A stretch of DNA of 64,000 nucleotides from Vairimorpha necatrix. Its lineage: Eukaryota. The position numbers and the translations under genes were made by a program. Location: contig CP142726.1 in the NCBI GenBank assembly GCA_036630325.1, positions 186,001 through 250,000 on the forward strand, written 5' to 3'. Positions 1 to 11,148 of the stretch are shown here, one piece after another (position 1 is the stretch's first letter; each line of letters begins with the position of its first letter). The notes under the pieces were generated by a model. The model had not been told where the DNA came from. It searched no databases and saw nothing but the letters and a program-made list of their open reading frames with translations.

Positions 1-339
1 TATATTTTTACATAGGTGTTGAAATAAACTATTTTTTTTGAATATACAAGATTTTCGATTACTATTCGCGAAATCTGCATTAGTTTTGAGAACTTTATTC
101 GATATATTCCACACGAAAATATTAGTTTTGACCATAATAATGCTAATAATTGTTGCTCTAAGTTGTTATGCAAAAATTTTTCTTATAAAGTAATTTTTAA
201 AAGACGAGAAAAAAGCTTCAAGGGATTTGTATATTCTTTAAATTATTAATAAAGAATAATTTATTTAATTCGATATATTAAAAATTCTAAAACGGCCCGG
301 TACTAGTTTAAATATAATAGTGATGTAATTTGCTAAATT

Positions 340-1310
340 TCTACTAATGATAAATCGATAATTTATAAAAATCTAGCAAAAAGTATTACTGAAGCGAATC
401 GTTCGATTATAATATCTAATGTCATTTGATTACAGATTATTTTTAAAGGATGAAAACATCATCAAGTCAATGACGAACAATGTTTGTCAACCTACAGGAT
501 GGAATAGATTAAAATTAAAATACAACGAATATATTGATTTAATGAAACTTAATATGACTACACCGCATATTAAAACCGAGATTAGATAGTAATATGGTTA
601 AAGAATTTATCTTATCAATGGCATTTTTGTTTGAAACTTCAAAACATCTTTCAAAGATAAAAATTAGCAGACACATTGATTTTGTAAATCTGAACTATGC
701 ACAGAGCTCGGATATAATCTTTATAAAAATAACTATAATAAAAAAATTTAAATGGCAATATATTGAAAGTCTACATTTGAAGAAAGTTACAAAGCTCAAA
801 TATCACTAAAAAGAAAAAATTCTGAAAAAACATTGCCAATATATTCAAAATGTTTTTTAAAGTAACAATTTAAGTTTTTATTGAAAATATAATTGTATGA
901 TGAATTAAAGAAATTTTGATTGAACATATAAAATTGTGTAAGTCACAATTAAAAAAATTATTATATCTTCTAGAGTGCAATTTCGAGTGTTTAATTGCAA
1001 TTAGTTCTAATATAATAAAAAGAAATAAAATAGTGCTGAATGATATATTGGCATTTTTAAGCGGAATTGATGAACATTTTACAGATAAGTATACACATTT
1101 AATAAATGAATATCATAAATATGGCTTCAATTCTGAGAGGAAGTAAAAAACAGAAATTTGTTGAGGAAATGAAAGAAAATCTAATAAAAAGTTTCAACTG
1201 CATATTTTAAAGATGAAGAATGAGAAAGAATATTGATGAGTATGGTCTTGAATATTAGAGGAAGATATATAAAAAACTGTAGAAATTCCGGCGCAATAAA
1301 GATATATAAC
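340..1310 (+). pseudogene. Probable decayed protein-coding sequence (fragments 594-809 and 916-1146), product unknown
   Basis: Consecutive same-strand coding-like fragments broken by stops and frameshifts; no recognisable motif; boundaries approximate. Confidence 0.3.
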
Positions 1311-1335
1311 ATAAAAAGTTTTTATAATAAGTTTT

Positions 1336-2613
1336 TTATTTAGATTTAAGAAGAGATTGAAGTGTTTCTACTTGCACCACCTCCTTTTCTTCAGTTTCTA
1401 TATTTATTAAGATGACACTGTCTTGTTCGAGTTCATTCTCCCCCAAAACTATTAAAAATTTTATATTTTTTTTTTGACAATATTTTTTATGTTCTGCTAC
1501 ATTGGCCCTCTTGGTGTAAAATGTTTCCACCTTGATATTGGCATCCCATAATATATTTTGAATACGTAATCTCTCTTCCAAAAAAATTTTACCAGAAGAA
1601 CTAATAAAAACATCCACTGAAGAATTGACGTTTCTATTTTTTATTAAATAAAATATTCTGGTTAGTCCTATGGAAAATCCTGCACATGGAACCTTGCTTT
1701 GTTTTGTGCCTATTAAGTTGTCGTATCGGCCTCCACCAGCAACAGAACCCATATCATGGCCAATATATCTTCCTTCTAAGATCATGCCCGTGTAATAATC
1801 AAGACCTCTAGCTAAACTTAAATCAATTAAGAGATTTTCTTCACAATTCATTATTTTACAATATCTTAGCAAAATAGATAATTCATCAATGGCTTCTTTG
1901 CAAATTTCATATACTTTACTAGACGCTAAAAAATCCAAGATATCTTCTTTACCAGACTTTTTTATGTATAGATTTAGGTTATTTATTTGTTCATCGTTAA
2001 GTCCTTTAGTTTTTAATTCTTTATTAATATCATCAATGGACATTTTATCCATTTTATCAACACTTGAAGAAACAGTAGCGAACAAGTTAGGAGGAATTTC
2101 ACACACTTGGAAAATACCAAACAAAACACGTTTATCGCTCAGTCTTATAACAAATTTCCCGATATCAAAGGATTTTAAAAGTCTATTTAAACAACAAATA
2201 AGTTCAGAATCAGGCATTATAGGAAGACCTTCCCCTGCTATATCGAAATCTGATTGTATAAATTCCCTCAATCTTCCTTGTTTTACACTAGGTTGATCTC
2301 GTCTAAAAACTTTTCCAATTTGATATCTTTTTATTTTTTTTAATTTGTTCATGGTCATATACCGTGAAAAAGGTACTGTTAGATCATATCTTAGAGCACA
2401 TTCTTCTCCACCATTGTCTTTTAAGTCATAAATTAGCTTTGTATCTTCCCCGTACTTGTTTAATAAAATAGATTTCAATTCAAACACAGGTGTGTCAATA
2501 GGAATAGCACCGTGCAGTTTATAGATTTGTTTTGTTTTATCAATAAGTGATTCATATAATAAAGCGTCTTCTGGGTTGTAATCAATTGTGCCCTTTGGTG
2601 TTTTGAGATCCAT
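1336..2613 (-). CDS. HTS1: Histidyl-tRNA synthetase
   Basis: Motifs LKTPKGT, LRYDLTVPF, YQIGKVFRRD, GRLREFIQSDFD, LARGLDYYTG and GGGRYDNL. Start moved to ATG 2613 (MDLKT), which has a CCC motif 8 nt upstream. Confidence 0.97.
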   Translation of the reverse strand: MDLKTPKGTIDYNPEDALLYESLIDKTKQIYKLHGAIPIDTPVFELKSILLNKYGEDTKLIYDLKDNGGEECALRYDLTVPFSRYMTMNKLKKIKRYQIGKVFRRDQPSVKQGRLREFIQSDFDIAGEGLPIMPDSELICCLNRLLKSFDIGKFVIRLSDKRVLFGIFQVCEIPPNLFATVSSSVDKMDKMSIDDINKELKTKGLNDEQINNLNLYIKKSGKEDILDFLASSKVYEICKEAIDELSILLRYCKIMNCEENLLIDLSLARGLDYYTGMILEGRYIGHDMGSVAGGGRYDNLIGTKQSKVPCAGFSIGLTRIFYLIKNRNVNSSVDVFISSSGKIFLEERLRIQNILWDANIKVETFYTKRANVAEHKKYCQKKNIKFLIVLGENELEQDSVILINIETEEKEVVQVETLQSLLKSK

Positions 2614-2704
2614 TATTTCTGGGTGAGAAAAAAAACGCATTTTAAGAATTTTATTGAAAATTTATTTTTTGGTGAAAGTAAATTATTGATGTATTTGTTC
2701 TAAA

Positions 2705-2724
2705 TTTGTTTGTTAACAAACAAA
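2705..2724. promoter_or_regulatory. Perfect 20-bp palindrome TTTGTTTGTTAACAAACAAA in the divergent HisRS/3298 intergenic region
   Basis: Self-complementary sequence read directly; half-sites resemble forkhead-type AAACAAA sites. Function is inferred. Confidence 0.35.
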
Positions 2725-3297
2725 GTTTAAAAAATAAAATTTGTGCTAAATATTTTATTGAGTGTAGTTCATAAAATCACAATTATATTTATAAATGTTT
2801 TGAGATATTGGAAATTGGGATTTAAAATTGTTTTAATATTGCAATATCATTACACAAAGTAACTTTACGCTTTTTATGTCTTTTTTAGACTACGTGCTAT
2901 AAAATTTGAAAATCTATAAAACAAAAATATAAGATTTTAAATGAAATTGTACAAAAATATCCTTTTGTAGATAATTAGAGAAATACGATACACAGAAAAT
3001 AAAAAATTTTATGAAAGAAAAATACATCTCGAATTAAGAAGAAGAAGATAATAATTCAATGAATATGTGCTAAATTATAGTGCAAAAAAAGTCAAAAATA
3101 ATTAGTGGACCTTTTTAAATTTACTGGATTAAACACGCAAAATTTTATTACGGCCTTACTTTTAAATCTTGTACTAAATTAAATAATTTTTTATGGCTAA
3201 TACTTTTGTTTATAGCATTGATATTACTGTTTTTTGTTTTTTCATGTATAAACACACTGTTTCATAATGTTTTATATGGAAATTTGTAAACAAATAT

Positions 3298-5538
3298 ATG
3301 GATAAGTTTATACCGATAGCAGACAAGCCATTAGATATAAACATCAAGAACATTATTTCTAATATATTAACTAATATAAATCAAAATATGAATAACATAG
3401 ACGAACTTCTTGAAAATTTAAAAATATTAATTTATAGTACCGTAGACCCAAATGAGCTAAAAAATATTTTGCATATTTTGACTTTAAAACTTGAAGAAGA
3501 CACGTCTTCTCTGGATGTCGAAATGTTAGAAATTGTTTGTATTCTTTATCTTAAAAATATAAATTTTAATTTAGAATATTTTTTAAAGAAGACAAAAATA
3601 AATGAAAAACACAATGTAAAAATTTCTCTATGTAAAGAAGTCGAATTTTATAAATTAGACTCTCTTGCTAATTTATTGCGAAATTCAAATTTTTCGATGA
3701 GTATTGATATAAATTTTTTAAGAATTTTTATTGTAGAATGTTTATTGGAAGTTGATAAACCTTTAGTAGATTCCGATGTTTTTTATTTCTTAAAATATAT
3801 CATCACTTTTGATCCGCAATTAATAGTTCATTGGATTACTAAAAAGCCTAAATGTACTAATTGGGAAATTATAAAAATAAAAAATACAGGAACTTTCCCT
3901 TTTATAGAATTACGATACATAAAAAATTTATCGATACTTCGTCAGATATCGTGTAATAGTATAAATTACAGATTTATTGATTATCTTATTAAGCATTTAA
4001 AGTTTTCGGAAGATTTTTATAAAATGATAGTGCAGTCACATGATAAAACTAATTATTTGTACACCATTGAAATATGTAAATTTATAAGATACAAATCATA
4101 CGAATTTCATACAATTCTGATTAAAAATCTTATGATGGTGGATAAGATAAATTTCAATGAATATTTCATAAATAGTTTACAAAATAAAGATGTATTAGAT
4201 CCAATTACTGAAGATGTTATAGATACATTCAAGATAAATTATAAATTACTAAATCTGTGCGACAATACGCTGTTAAATAAAATCCAAAGATATAGTAATC
4301 TAGATAGGTTGATAAATAATACTAAGGCATTTAAATATTTCTTAAGAATTTTATATGATAAAAAAATTTTAGATATTAAATTAATTGCCAAGTTTTTTAA
4401 TAATCCTAAAATATTAATATTTTTGTATAAAAATTTTAAGATACCAAAGGAAGTATTTTATGACCAAATTATAAGAATATTAGCCAGATTAATAAAAGAA
4501 TGGAAAGATTTAATCAGATTAAAAGATAAAATGAAGAAAAAAATTATACAACAAAATTGTAGTATTACAGATGAAAAAAATTGCAATACGACTATCAAAA
4601 AATACCAGCAAAATTGTGATTCAACACTAAAAGACATTTCCCTTTTAGATATAAACCATTCTAATATTTTCCGTACAAGTAATTCTACTATTTGTTACTG
4701 CTTTAAGAAAAAAATGAAACATGCTATGAAACTTCTTTTTATTTATAATAATCCCGATGTACCAAAAACCACAATTTTTAGTCTTTACCGTATAAATAAA
4801 AAGATGTTCATACGATATTTCACTAGATACGTAGAACTTAATTTATTGTTTATAAAAATACATAAGATGTTTCCATATCTAAGACAAGATCATCAACTTA
4901 ATGTGCCGCAAGATTATTGGGGCAAGGCCGTTATACATAAAATTACCAATAATTATGATATATTACCTGAAGGTTTATATTTTAATAATTCATATTTAGA
5001 ATTTAAAAATACTTCGAAGAGCTTCACACTGAATATGTTAATGCTGCAATATGATTTATTGGGCAATCAGAACTATATAATTCTAAAAAATAATCAAGAT
5101 AAGTTCGTATTAGGAATTAATAATGGAAGGTTATATTATAAAACATTAATTAATAATATAAGAACCTATAAAGACATTAACCACGAATTTAAAGTGAATA
5201 ATACAATATATTTTGAAATAATAGTAGATAAAGGTGTAATATCATTACTAATAGAAGGAAGGAAATATTTTTTGAACATATTCACTGTAACAGATATTAT
5301 TATAGGACAAGGATTTAAAGGAATTATTACCAAATTATTGTATTTTGAAAGTAGCAAATATAAAAAATCCAGAATTGTACATTTAGATAAGTCGGAACTC
5401 TATATAAACATTATTAAGAAAATAGAGATGTGGTGTGTAAGTAGAAGTTTAGGTGGAATGTTTTTGAGAAGTAAAAAGGTTTACTGGTGGCACAAAAAAC
5501 CAATAGTGAAGTTCAACAATATTATTGACATTACTTGA
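3298..5538 (+). CDS. Hypothetical protein, 746 aa (I/K/N/L-rich; beta-rich C-terminal region)
   Basis: Long uninterrupted ORF in AT-rich DNA; no motif recognised. Confidence 0.8.
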   Translation: MDKFIPIADKPLDINIKNIISNILTNINQNMNNIDELLENLKILIYSTVDPNELKNILHILTLKLEEDTSSLDVEMLEIVCILYLKNINFNLEYFLKKTKINEKHNVKISLCKEVEFYKLDSLANLLRNSNFSMSIDINFLRIFIVECLLEVDKPLVDSDVFYFLKYIITFDPQLIVHWITKKPKCTNWEIIKIKNTGTFPFIELRYIKNLSILRQISCNSINYRFIDYLIKHLKFSEDFYKMIVQSHDKTNYLYTIEICKFIRYKSYEFHTILIKNLMMVDKINFNEYFINSLQNKDVLDPITEDVIDTFKINYKLLNLCDNTLLNKIQRYSNLDRLINNTKAFKYFLRILYDKKILDIKLIAKFFNNPKILIFLYKNFKIPKEVFYDQIIRILARLIKEWKDLIRLKDKMKKKIIQQNCSITDEKNCNTTIKKYQQNCDSTLKDISLLDINHSNIFRTSNSTICYCFKKKMKHAMKLLFIYNNPDVPKTTIFSLYRINKKMFIRYFTRYVELNLLFIKIHKMFPYLRQDHQLNVPQDYWGKAVIHKITNNYDILPEGLYFNNSYLEFKNTSKSFTLNMLMLQYDLLGNQNYIILKNNQDKFVLGINNGRLYYKTLINNIRTYKDINHEFKVNNTIYFEIIVDKGVISLLIEGRKYFLNIFTVTDIIIGQGFKGIITKLLYFESSKYKKSRIVHLDKSELYINIIKKIEMWCVSRSLGGMFLRSKKVYWWHKKPIVKFNNIIDIT

Positions 5539-6032
5539 TCAGAAAACAAAATATAATAAAACAAATAAATAGTTTAAGCAATAAATAAAGTTTATAATTA
5601 ACCAATATATTTATGGCATAACTTGGCGAATATTCAATTAAAATAATAATAAGAAATAATTAGGTAATATTTCTACTAATCAATGTGCATTCATACTAAT
5701 ATTATACCTTTTTTTAAGTATGAATTTATTTGCTTGCGTACGAGTAATCATAACAATCTCAAACAGTATCATAAAATATGATATGTAACTTATAATTGAT
5801 ATTATTGGTTTATTTTCGATTTAATAGACAAATAACAAATCAAACCCAGTTAGAAGTTTATGATTTTGTACAACAAAAAAAATATAATGCATATATAATT
5901 ATTATATAAAAAAATATTCGTTTTTTTCATTTTTTTGATGCTTTTTAATGTACCAATCAATACACTTTTTACAAATTATTTGTTAAAACTGTTAAAAAAA
6001 AGTATAAAAGAAAAAAAAATAACAAACTTCAC

Positions 6033-6212
6033 ATGAATATGAACAACTTCTTATTACTTATTACTTTTGTTGTATTTGCTAAAGCTTCGTGCTTCGGAGG
6101 CCCAGATAACAAAGAAGAGGAAGAAGGTAAAAAAGGTGAAGAAGGTGAAGAAGGTAAAAAAGGCACAAAAGAAGCTAAAAAATCAGGAAATCCTAAAACA
6201 GGCGATGAATAA
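6033..6212 (+). CDS. Secreted micropeptide, copy A (59 aa: MNMNNFLLLITFVVFAKASCFGGPDNKEEEEGKKGEEGEEGKKGTKEAKKSGNPKTGDE)
   Basis: Hand-translated; absent from the ORF track. Hydrophobic N-terminus, then Cys, then a K/E/G tail. Paralogous to 7897-8046, including flanks. Confidence 0.75.
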   Translation: MNMNNFLLLITFVVFAKASCFGGPDNKEEEEGKKGEEGEEGKKGTKEAKKSGNPKTGDE

Positions 6213-6479
6213 ATGTCCATTTATTTGAAACTTTTTTTTATTTACAGTTTTTTTTACAAACGAAGACAACTTTATAAGTATGTTTTATTAAAAAAATATT
6301 TGTATAAATTATAAGCTCAGTGAAACATATTTATAAATATAATTTATACAAAATATTATATTATTATTGTCAAAGGTACATATTTTTTTGATTTTTTTAA
6401 ATATTTTTTTTATGTTAGTGTCAATTTAGCTTTACAATAGCAAAATACAAGTACGGTAAGCGCAAATAATAAGAAAGCT

Positions 6480-7000
6480 CTCTGTTTCTATGGTCTCTGT
6501 CGTCGAATATTTTCCTCGTCTGAAATTTACCTAGATGCTCTCAGAAGGTTTCTTAAAATGCCCTATAAAACATGGTTGTCATTTGTGCGAAAATTAAAAG
6601 CTTCTTTTGCTTTTTTGTGTTGTACTTTGTCATTATATTATCCCATGTAAGATTACATGAGTTCATCTCAGTCTTCCGCCCGTGAAAAATAAGTTTGTTT
6701 GTTATAATGTACTATAATCGTTAAATTTGTAAGAATAATTGTTGTAAAGTTCACTTGAGAGACTCTAATACGCCAAAAATTTATATAGAAATCTCTTCTA
6801 TAACAACTTTATTTGGTTTGATGTATTTTATTCTGGCTTTACGCTTGATTGCAGTAGATATATTGTGCATTTGATATATATTATCAAACAGTAATGCTTA
6901 ATCTTAGTATGTTTTGTTATATTCCAATAAGAATCAGATGTTTTTAAGCTGCTTCGACACCATAGACATGTAAGCAGAGTTTAAGTGGAATTTTAGAAAA
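6480..7000 (-). mobile_element. Decayed 3' fragment of a non-LTR retrotransposon (restriction-like endonuclease region)
   Basis: Minus-strand remnants VILTWDNIMTKY and FKKPSESI*VNFRRG resemble the C-terminus of RLE-type non-LTR elements (YVxTWDGIVTKY...LKKTLESIS.DxRR, recalled from memory); many stops. Confidence 0.45.
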
Positions 7001-7896
7001 TATACTAAGAATTTTTTGGAATAAATTGTATTAAAAAAATATGCAATATGAATTGTCATCTGTGTTTTTTTTTTAATAGTGTTATATGGCAACTACTTTT
7101 AGTTTTTTTTACACAGATTTTTAACTTATGAAAGTAAACCGTAAAATGAAAACAAACGTGGATTTTCAGTAATAATAACATAATCCATTTTCTGCTCAAG
7201 TTGACTGATTCAAAGGCCTTTTTAATAAATTATATCAAAATAATATTTATCATAGATTTATGTGTTTGACCAAAACTTAACAGCTTTGAAATTTAATTTC
7301 AGTACTATTTTAGAATATTAGTGAGTTTTTTAATAAATCTTTTTAATGTTTTGCACTTAATTTAAATATGACTTTTATATATTGATTAAACTAAAGAGAA
7401 TTTTTTACCTTACAATGCACTTTGACTATATTGAAGTTTATAGGTTAATATTGATTTTCATGTCATTGTTTCTATATCTACTACCATTAAACACGACAGT
7501 CATCGTTTCAGAATATTTCTGTCAACCTTTCATCATTATTTTTTAGAAAACATTATATCAATACCGAAAATTTGTTTTTTTTGTCAAGCTATGTCTATTG
7601 AATCTATACTGTTTGAGCTTTGTCATATCAAAACAAATAATGTTATTTGACACTTTATATGAGATATGACGAAGTGATGGTATCATTAATAATACCCAAA
7701 CAAAACATATTTTATGTTTTTTTTGATTTTTACCAAACAAGAACAAAAGCAGATAATATCATTCAATATTAATAAAATTCCAATTTTTATATTTTTATTA
7801 CATTTTTTTTTTCACCCAATCAAAAATCTTCACACAAATTATTTATCAAAACTGATAAAAAAAAATATAAAAAGAAAAAAAAATAACACTTTCCAC

Positions 7897-8046
7897 ATGA
7901 ATATGAACAATTTCTTAGTACTTATTACTCTTGCATTGTCCATTAAAGCTTGTAGTTCAGGTCCTAAAAATGGCGAAGAAGAAGGTGAAAAGAAAAAGGA
8001 AGAAAAAAAGGCTGAGGAAGGAAAAGACAAAGGAGCAGCAGCTTAA
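7897..8046 (+). CDS. Secreted micropeptide, copy B (49 aa: MNMNNFLVLITLALSIKACSSGPKNGEEEGEKKKEEKKAEEGKDKGAAA)
   Basis: True start is taken as ATG 7897 (not 7714) by alignment with copy A; signal-peptide-like N-terminus and charged tail. Confidence 0.75.
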   Translation: MNMNNFLVLITLALSIKACSSGPKNGEEEGEKKKEEKKAEEGKDKGAAA

Positions 8047-8512
8047 ATAAATGTGATTGAAATATTTTATTTTTTTCAGTTTGTTGTTTTTAACAAACAA
8101 AGTCATTTTTAAAAGTATATAATAAAAAAAATTTGCATAAATTATAGATTTTTCCTCTCAGGATAATATATTTTAAAATGTATAAAAATTTCTTAATATC
8201 AATTGGATTTATTTGGGAAAGGGTTTGTCGATTCTTCTTCTAGCATTGCTTAAAACCTCATTAAAATGAACAATTGAAAAAAGCAACTTTTAAGGCCTTC
8301 TCAGACGTTTCAACGAAATGCTTTTAGATTTAAAATTAGAAGTGTTTATTTGTATATTACCATGAAAATAGTTAATTCTTGATATGTCTCAGCACCATAA
8401 AGAGTAGATATTTGTAAATGGAAAATTTAAAGGGGAAATAAACCGAAAAGGAGGGAAGATTAAGAGTACGAATTTACAGAATCTTTTTACAAGATGAATT
8501 GATTTAAATTTT

Positions 8513-9049
8513 TTACTTTATTGATCTTTTCTTTAAGGCTTCCTTGATTAGTTGGTAGACTTCTTCAATGTCTCCATTTCCATTAATCCATTCTACAAGA
8601 TCTTTCTCCTTGTAGAATTGGATTACTGGCTCAGTGATACTGTGGAAGATCTTTAGTCTTTCTTTTATGACTGTTGTGTTCCTGTCGTCCTCCCTTTTCT
8701 CATTTCTCCCTTGTATCCTCTTTATACATTCCTCGTCTCCAGTTACTATGCAAATTACTAGACTTACTGGGTCTTTGCAGAATTCATTAAGAGACTTGGC
8801 CTGGTTTACTGTCCTAGGAAATCCATCAAGTAGGCAGGGAGTATTTTCTAATTCTTTCTTTATTAGCCTAGTGATACATTCGTCTGAGACATATTTCCCG
8901 GCCTTTAATAGATCGTGGATTTCTTTATCTTCTGTGTTTCTCAGTATATCCCCTGTGCTTATATGTTTAAGATTAAAGTCTCTACATATTTGTTTACTTG
9001 CTGTGCCTTTTCCACATCCCGGCGGGCCAATAATTATAACGTGTGACAT
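8513..9049 (-). CDS. ADK: Adenylate kinase (short form, no long LID insert)
   Basis: P-loop GPPGCGKGT, HISTGDILR, LLDGFPRT and REDD motifs; CCC motif upstream. Confidence 0.93.
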   Translation of the reverse strand: MSHVIIIGPPGCGKGTASKQICRDFNLKHISTGDILRNTEDKEIHDLLKAGKYVSDECITRLIKKELENTPCLLDGFPRTVNQAKSLNEFCKDPVSLVICIVTGDEECIKRIQGRNEKREDDRNTTVIKERLKIFHSITEPVIQFYKEKDLVEWINGNGDIEEVYQLIKEALKKRSIK

Positions 9050-9102
9050 ATCAACAAAAAGAGGGCATGCAAATTTTAAAATTATTTTTTTTAGGGGTAG
9101 AA
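9050..9102. promoter_or_regulatory. 53-bp bidirectional promoter between ADK and the Csm1-like gene
   Basis: Divergent ATGs at 9049 and 9103. CCC motif on the minus strand (plus-strand GGG 9063-9065), GGGG at 9094-9097, and an AAATTTT/T-tract core. Confidence 0.6.
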
Positions 9103-9582
9103 ATGAAAACGCCGAAGAAAAGAATGACTCTTAAGACGCCTAAGAGGAGTACGAAGGCGACTTTCAAGTCTAATGATCATACGAAGGGCAAAAAGGAGGA
9201 AGTCGTGCCAGTGTCTGATAAAATTGATGACCCTTATAAAACTATCAATGAGTTAGAAATAGACATAAAGAACACAGAGAAAGATTTGATAAATTCTTTA
9301 CAGAAAGAGAATGAATTACTAAGAAGTACTAATTTATATGTCCAGTTTTTAGGACTAGATATTTCCCAGGTAGGAGATAAATATGTTGTCAAATATAATT
9401 CGGACAAAGATAATCGCTTTTTACACTTTGAACTTGTGCCCGAAGAAGACATGTTTGTTTATTCCCTGGTAAATTCAGAAAATATAGACGAATTAGGAGT
9501 GCTGGGAGATGAGATAAGTTTTGAGAAAGGGCAGATTGCCAAGTTCTTTTATAAAGTAATGGAAATTATGATCTCCGATTAA
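9103..9582 (+). CDS. Monopolin subunit Csm1/Pcs1-like protein (basic N-terminus, coiled coil, RWD-like domain)
   Basis: Coiled coil followed by LYVQFLGL...LHFEL...FVY...LGDEISF...QIAKFFYKV, resembling the Csm1 C-terminal pattern; GGGG motif before ATG 9103. Confidence 0.6.
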   Translation: MKTPKKRMTLKTPKRSTKATFKSNDHTKGKKEEVVPVSDKIDDPYKTINELEIDIKNTEKDLINSLQKENELLRSTNLYVQFLGLDISQVGDKYVVKYNSDKDNRFLHFELVPEEDMFVYSLVNSENIDELGVLGDEISFEKGQIAKFFYKVMEIMISD

Positions 9583-9891
9583 ATGTAAAAAATAAAGTAA
9601 AAAATTTACACTTTAAAAATGTTTATAATGCTCATTTAGAAATTTTACTTGTCTAATTGTCATTTAAAATCTCTAATTATTTTTTACTTGTCATGTGCTC
9701 AAAAATTTATATATGTCAATAAACAAACTAAAATAAAACTTAGTAATTGATAATAAATAAGTAAATATTATATGTAAACTATAAAATGCACTCGTAATTA
9801 ATATTATTAAACATGCATACTAATAATTAAGACCTGTTTTTTAAATAATAATAAAAATATACAATATTACTCGATAATAATTTATTGCTAA

Positions 9892-11148
9892 TTATGGGTC
9901 TTTCTTATTTATAAACTTACCAAGCTTACCTAACCAATATTCTCTACTATCAGAATCATCAAAGGCAAATAAATAATTCTCATTTTCACTCATAAGTGCA
10001 AGTCTAAAGGGATGATTATCTCCTCCCATAAACACTTCATGAATCCTATCAATATTCTTTAACTCCAAATTCCCTTTAGCCTTCTTTGTTCCATTTGCCT
10101 TATGATATCTTAATATACCACTTTTAGTCAATATAAAATACTTCTCATGCCAGAAACAAGCGAAAATCCTTCTTCTTTTCCACATGTGTCCCTCTGCTTC
10201 AACTATACCTTCTTCTCTGTCTTTTAATATTTCACTATCTTGATGTAAATCATGATTGGGAATTCTTAATGGGACAAATGAAGGATTTCTAGCTTTAAGA
10301 TCACTTTTATCTTTGTCTGTGAGTGGTGTGCTTTTATTTCCTTCTGCTTGTACACTATGCTCTTCATTCTTCTTCTCGTCAATTGACACTTTCTTGTCAT
10401 CTTTCGGGTTATTAAGTGCCATTCCTGCGGCGACGGCACCAGCCCCGCCTGCAGTAGCACCTGCTACTATCCCAGCATTTCTACCATTATTCGACTTGTT
10501 CTGAACAAGCGATTTGTCATTTTCACCTGATTTATTTGATATATTTGACTTGTTTTGTTCACTTGGTTTATTTGATATATTTGATTTATTTTGTTCACTT
10601 GGTTTGTTTGATAGCTTTGAACTTTCATTTGATTTATTAAGCACAACGCCGGCAGTGGCGGCTGCACCAGCCCCAGCGGCAGTAGCTCCAGCGGCGATTT
10701 CTGCATTTCGCATGTTTAGGTTTTTTTTCTCAGCGGCCAAAGATGATAAATTTGGTTTCTCTGGTTTATTTGATAAACTAGATTTTTCAAGTTCACTTGA
10801 TTTATTTTGAAGAAAAGGATTACTTGACGCTTTAGGATCATCACTTGATTTTTGTGCTATTCCTCCTGCGGCGGCCACCTTACTTGTGGTTTTTTCCTGT
10901 TCACTTGGTTTGTTTGATACATTACTTTCAGAACTTTCTTTCTTTTCACTAACTCCACTATGTATTAATTTCTGAACACTCTCATTAGATTTCTTAGCCA
11001 AATCTTCTAATTTGGTTTTTTCCGTCGTGTCAATAATCCTTGACGCACTTGCATCTTTTTTAGGTACTTCTTTAGTATTCCCTTTCTTATCGATTACCAT
11101 AATACTTTTACGTCTTCTGTTATCATCATTGCTTTTATCTCCCTGCAT
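9892..11148 (-). CDS. PH-domain protein with a long low-complexity S/N/K-rich N-terminus and Ala/Gly repeats
   Basis: C-terminal EGHMWKRRRIFACFWHEKYFIL...LRYHK...YLFAFDDSDSREYWL is a typical PH pattern; CCC motif directly before the ATG. Confidence 0.85.
   Translation of the reverse strand: MQGDKSNDDNRRRKSIMVIDKKGNTKEVPKKDASASRIIDTTEKTKLEDLAKKSNESVQKLIHSGVSEKKESSESNVSNKPSEQEKTTSKVAAAGGIAQKSSDDPKASSNPFLQNKSSELEKSSLSNKPEKPNLSSLAAEKKNLNMRNAEIAAGATAAGAGAAATAGVVLNKSNESSKLSNKPSEQNKSNISNKPSEQNKSNISNKSGENDKSLVQNKSNNGRNAGIVAGATAGGAGAVAAGMALNNPKDDKKVSIDEKKNEEHSVQAEGNKSTPLTDKDKSDLKARNPSFVPLRIPNHDLHQDSEILKDREEGIVEAEGHMWKRRRIFACFWHEKYFILTKSGILRYHKANGTKKAKGNLELKNIDRIHEVFMGGDNHPFRLALMSENENYLFAFDDSDSREYWLGKLGKFINKKDP
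10531..10612. repeat. 36-bp coding tandem repeat (SNKPSEQNKSNI), about 2.3 copies
   Basis: Unit tttatttgatatatttgayttrttttgttcacttgg is repeated; a further partial copy lies near 10899-10919. Confidence 0.8.

Noticed and set aside
290-308. aacggcccggtactagt as a Helitron 3' end
   Set aside because: CTAG-T is present but there is no convincing hairpin, and the 5' part lies outside the window.
1889-2296. Antisense ORFs over real genes (also 8634-9134, 10256-10810, 14362-15038, 21139-21709, 36049-36318, 56634-57314, 57654-58088)
   Set aside because: Shadow frames of well-supported genes on the opposite strand; no independent motifs or start signals.
7714-7896. 5' extension of the 110-aa ORF
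   Set aside because: This segment aligns with the non-coding promoter of the paralogue at 6033, so the real start is 7897.
7939-7960. Bacterial lipobox in the micropeptides (IKA-C), implying bacterial origin
   Set aside because: The flanks carry host-type promoter and poly(A) signals, and there is no other sign of bacterial DNA; the resemblance may be coincidental.
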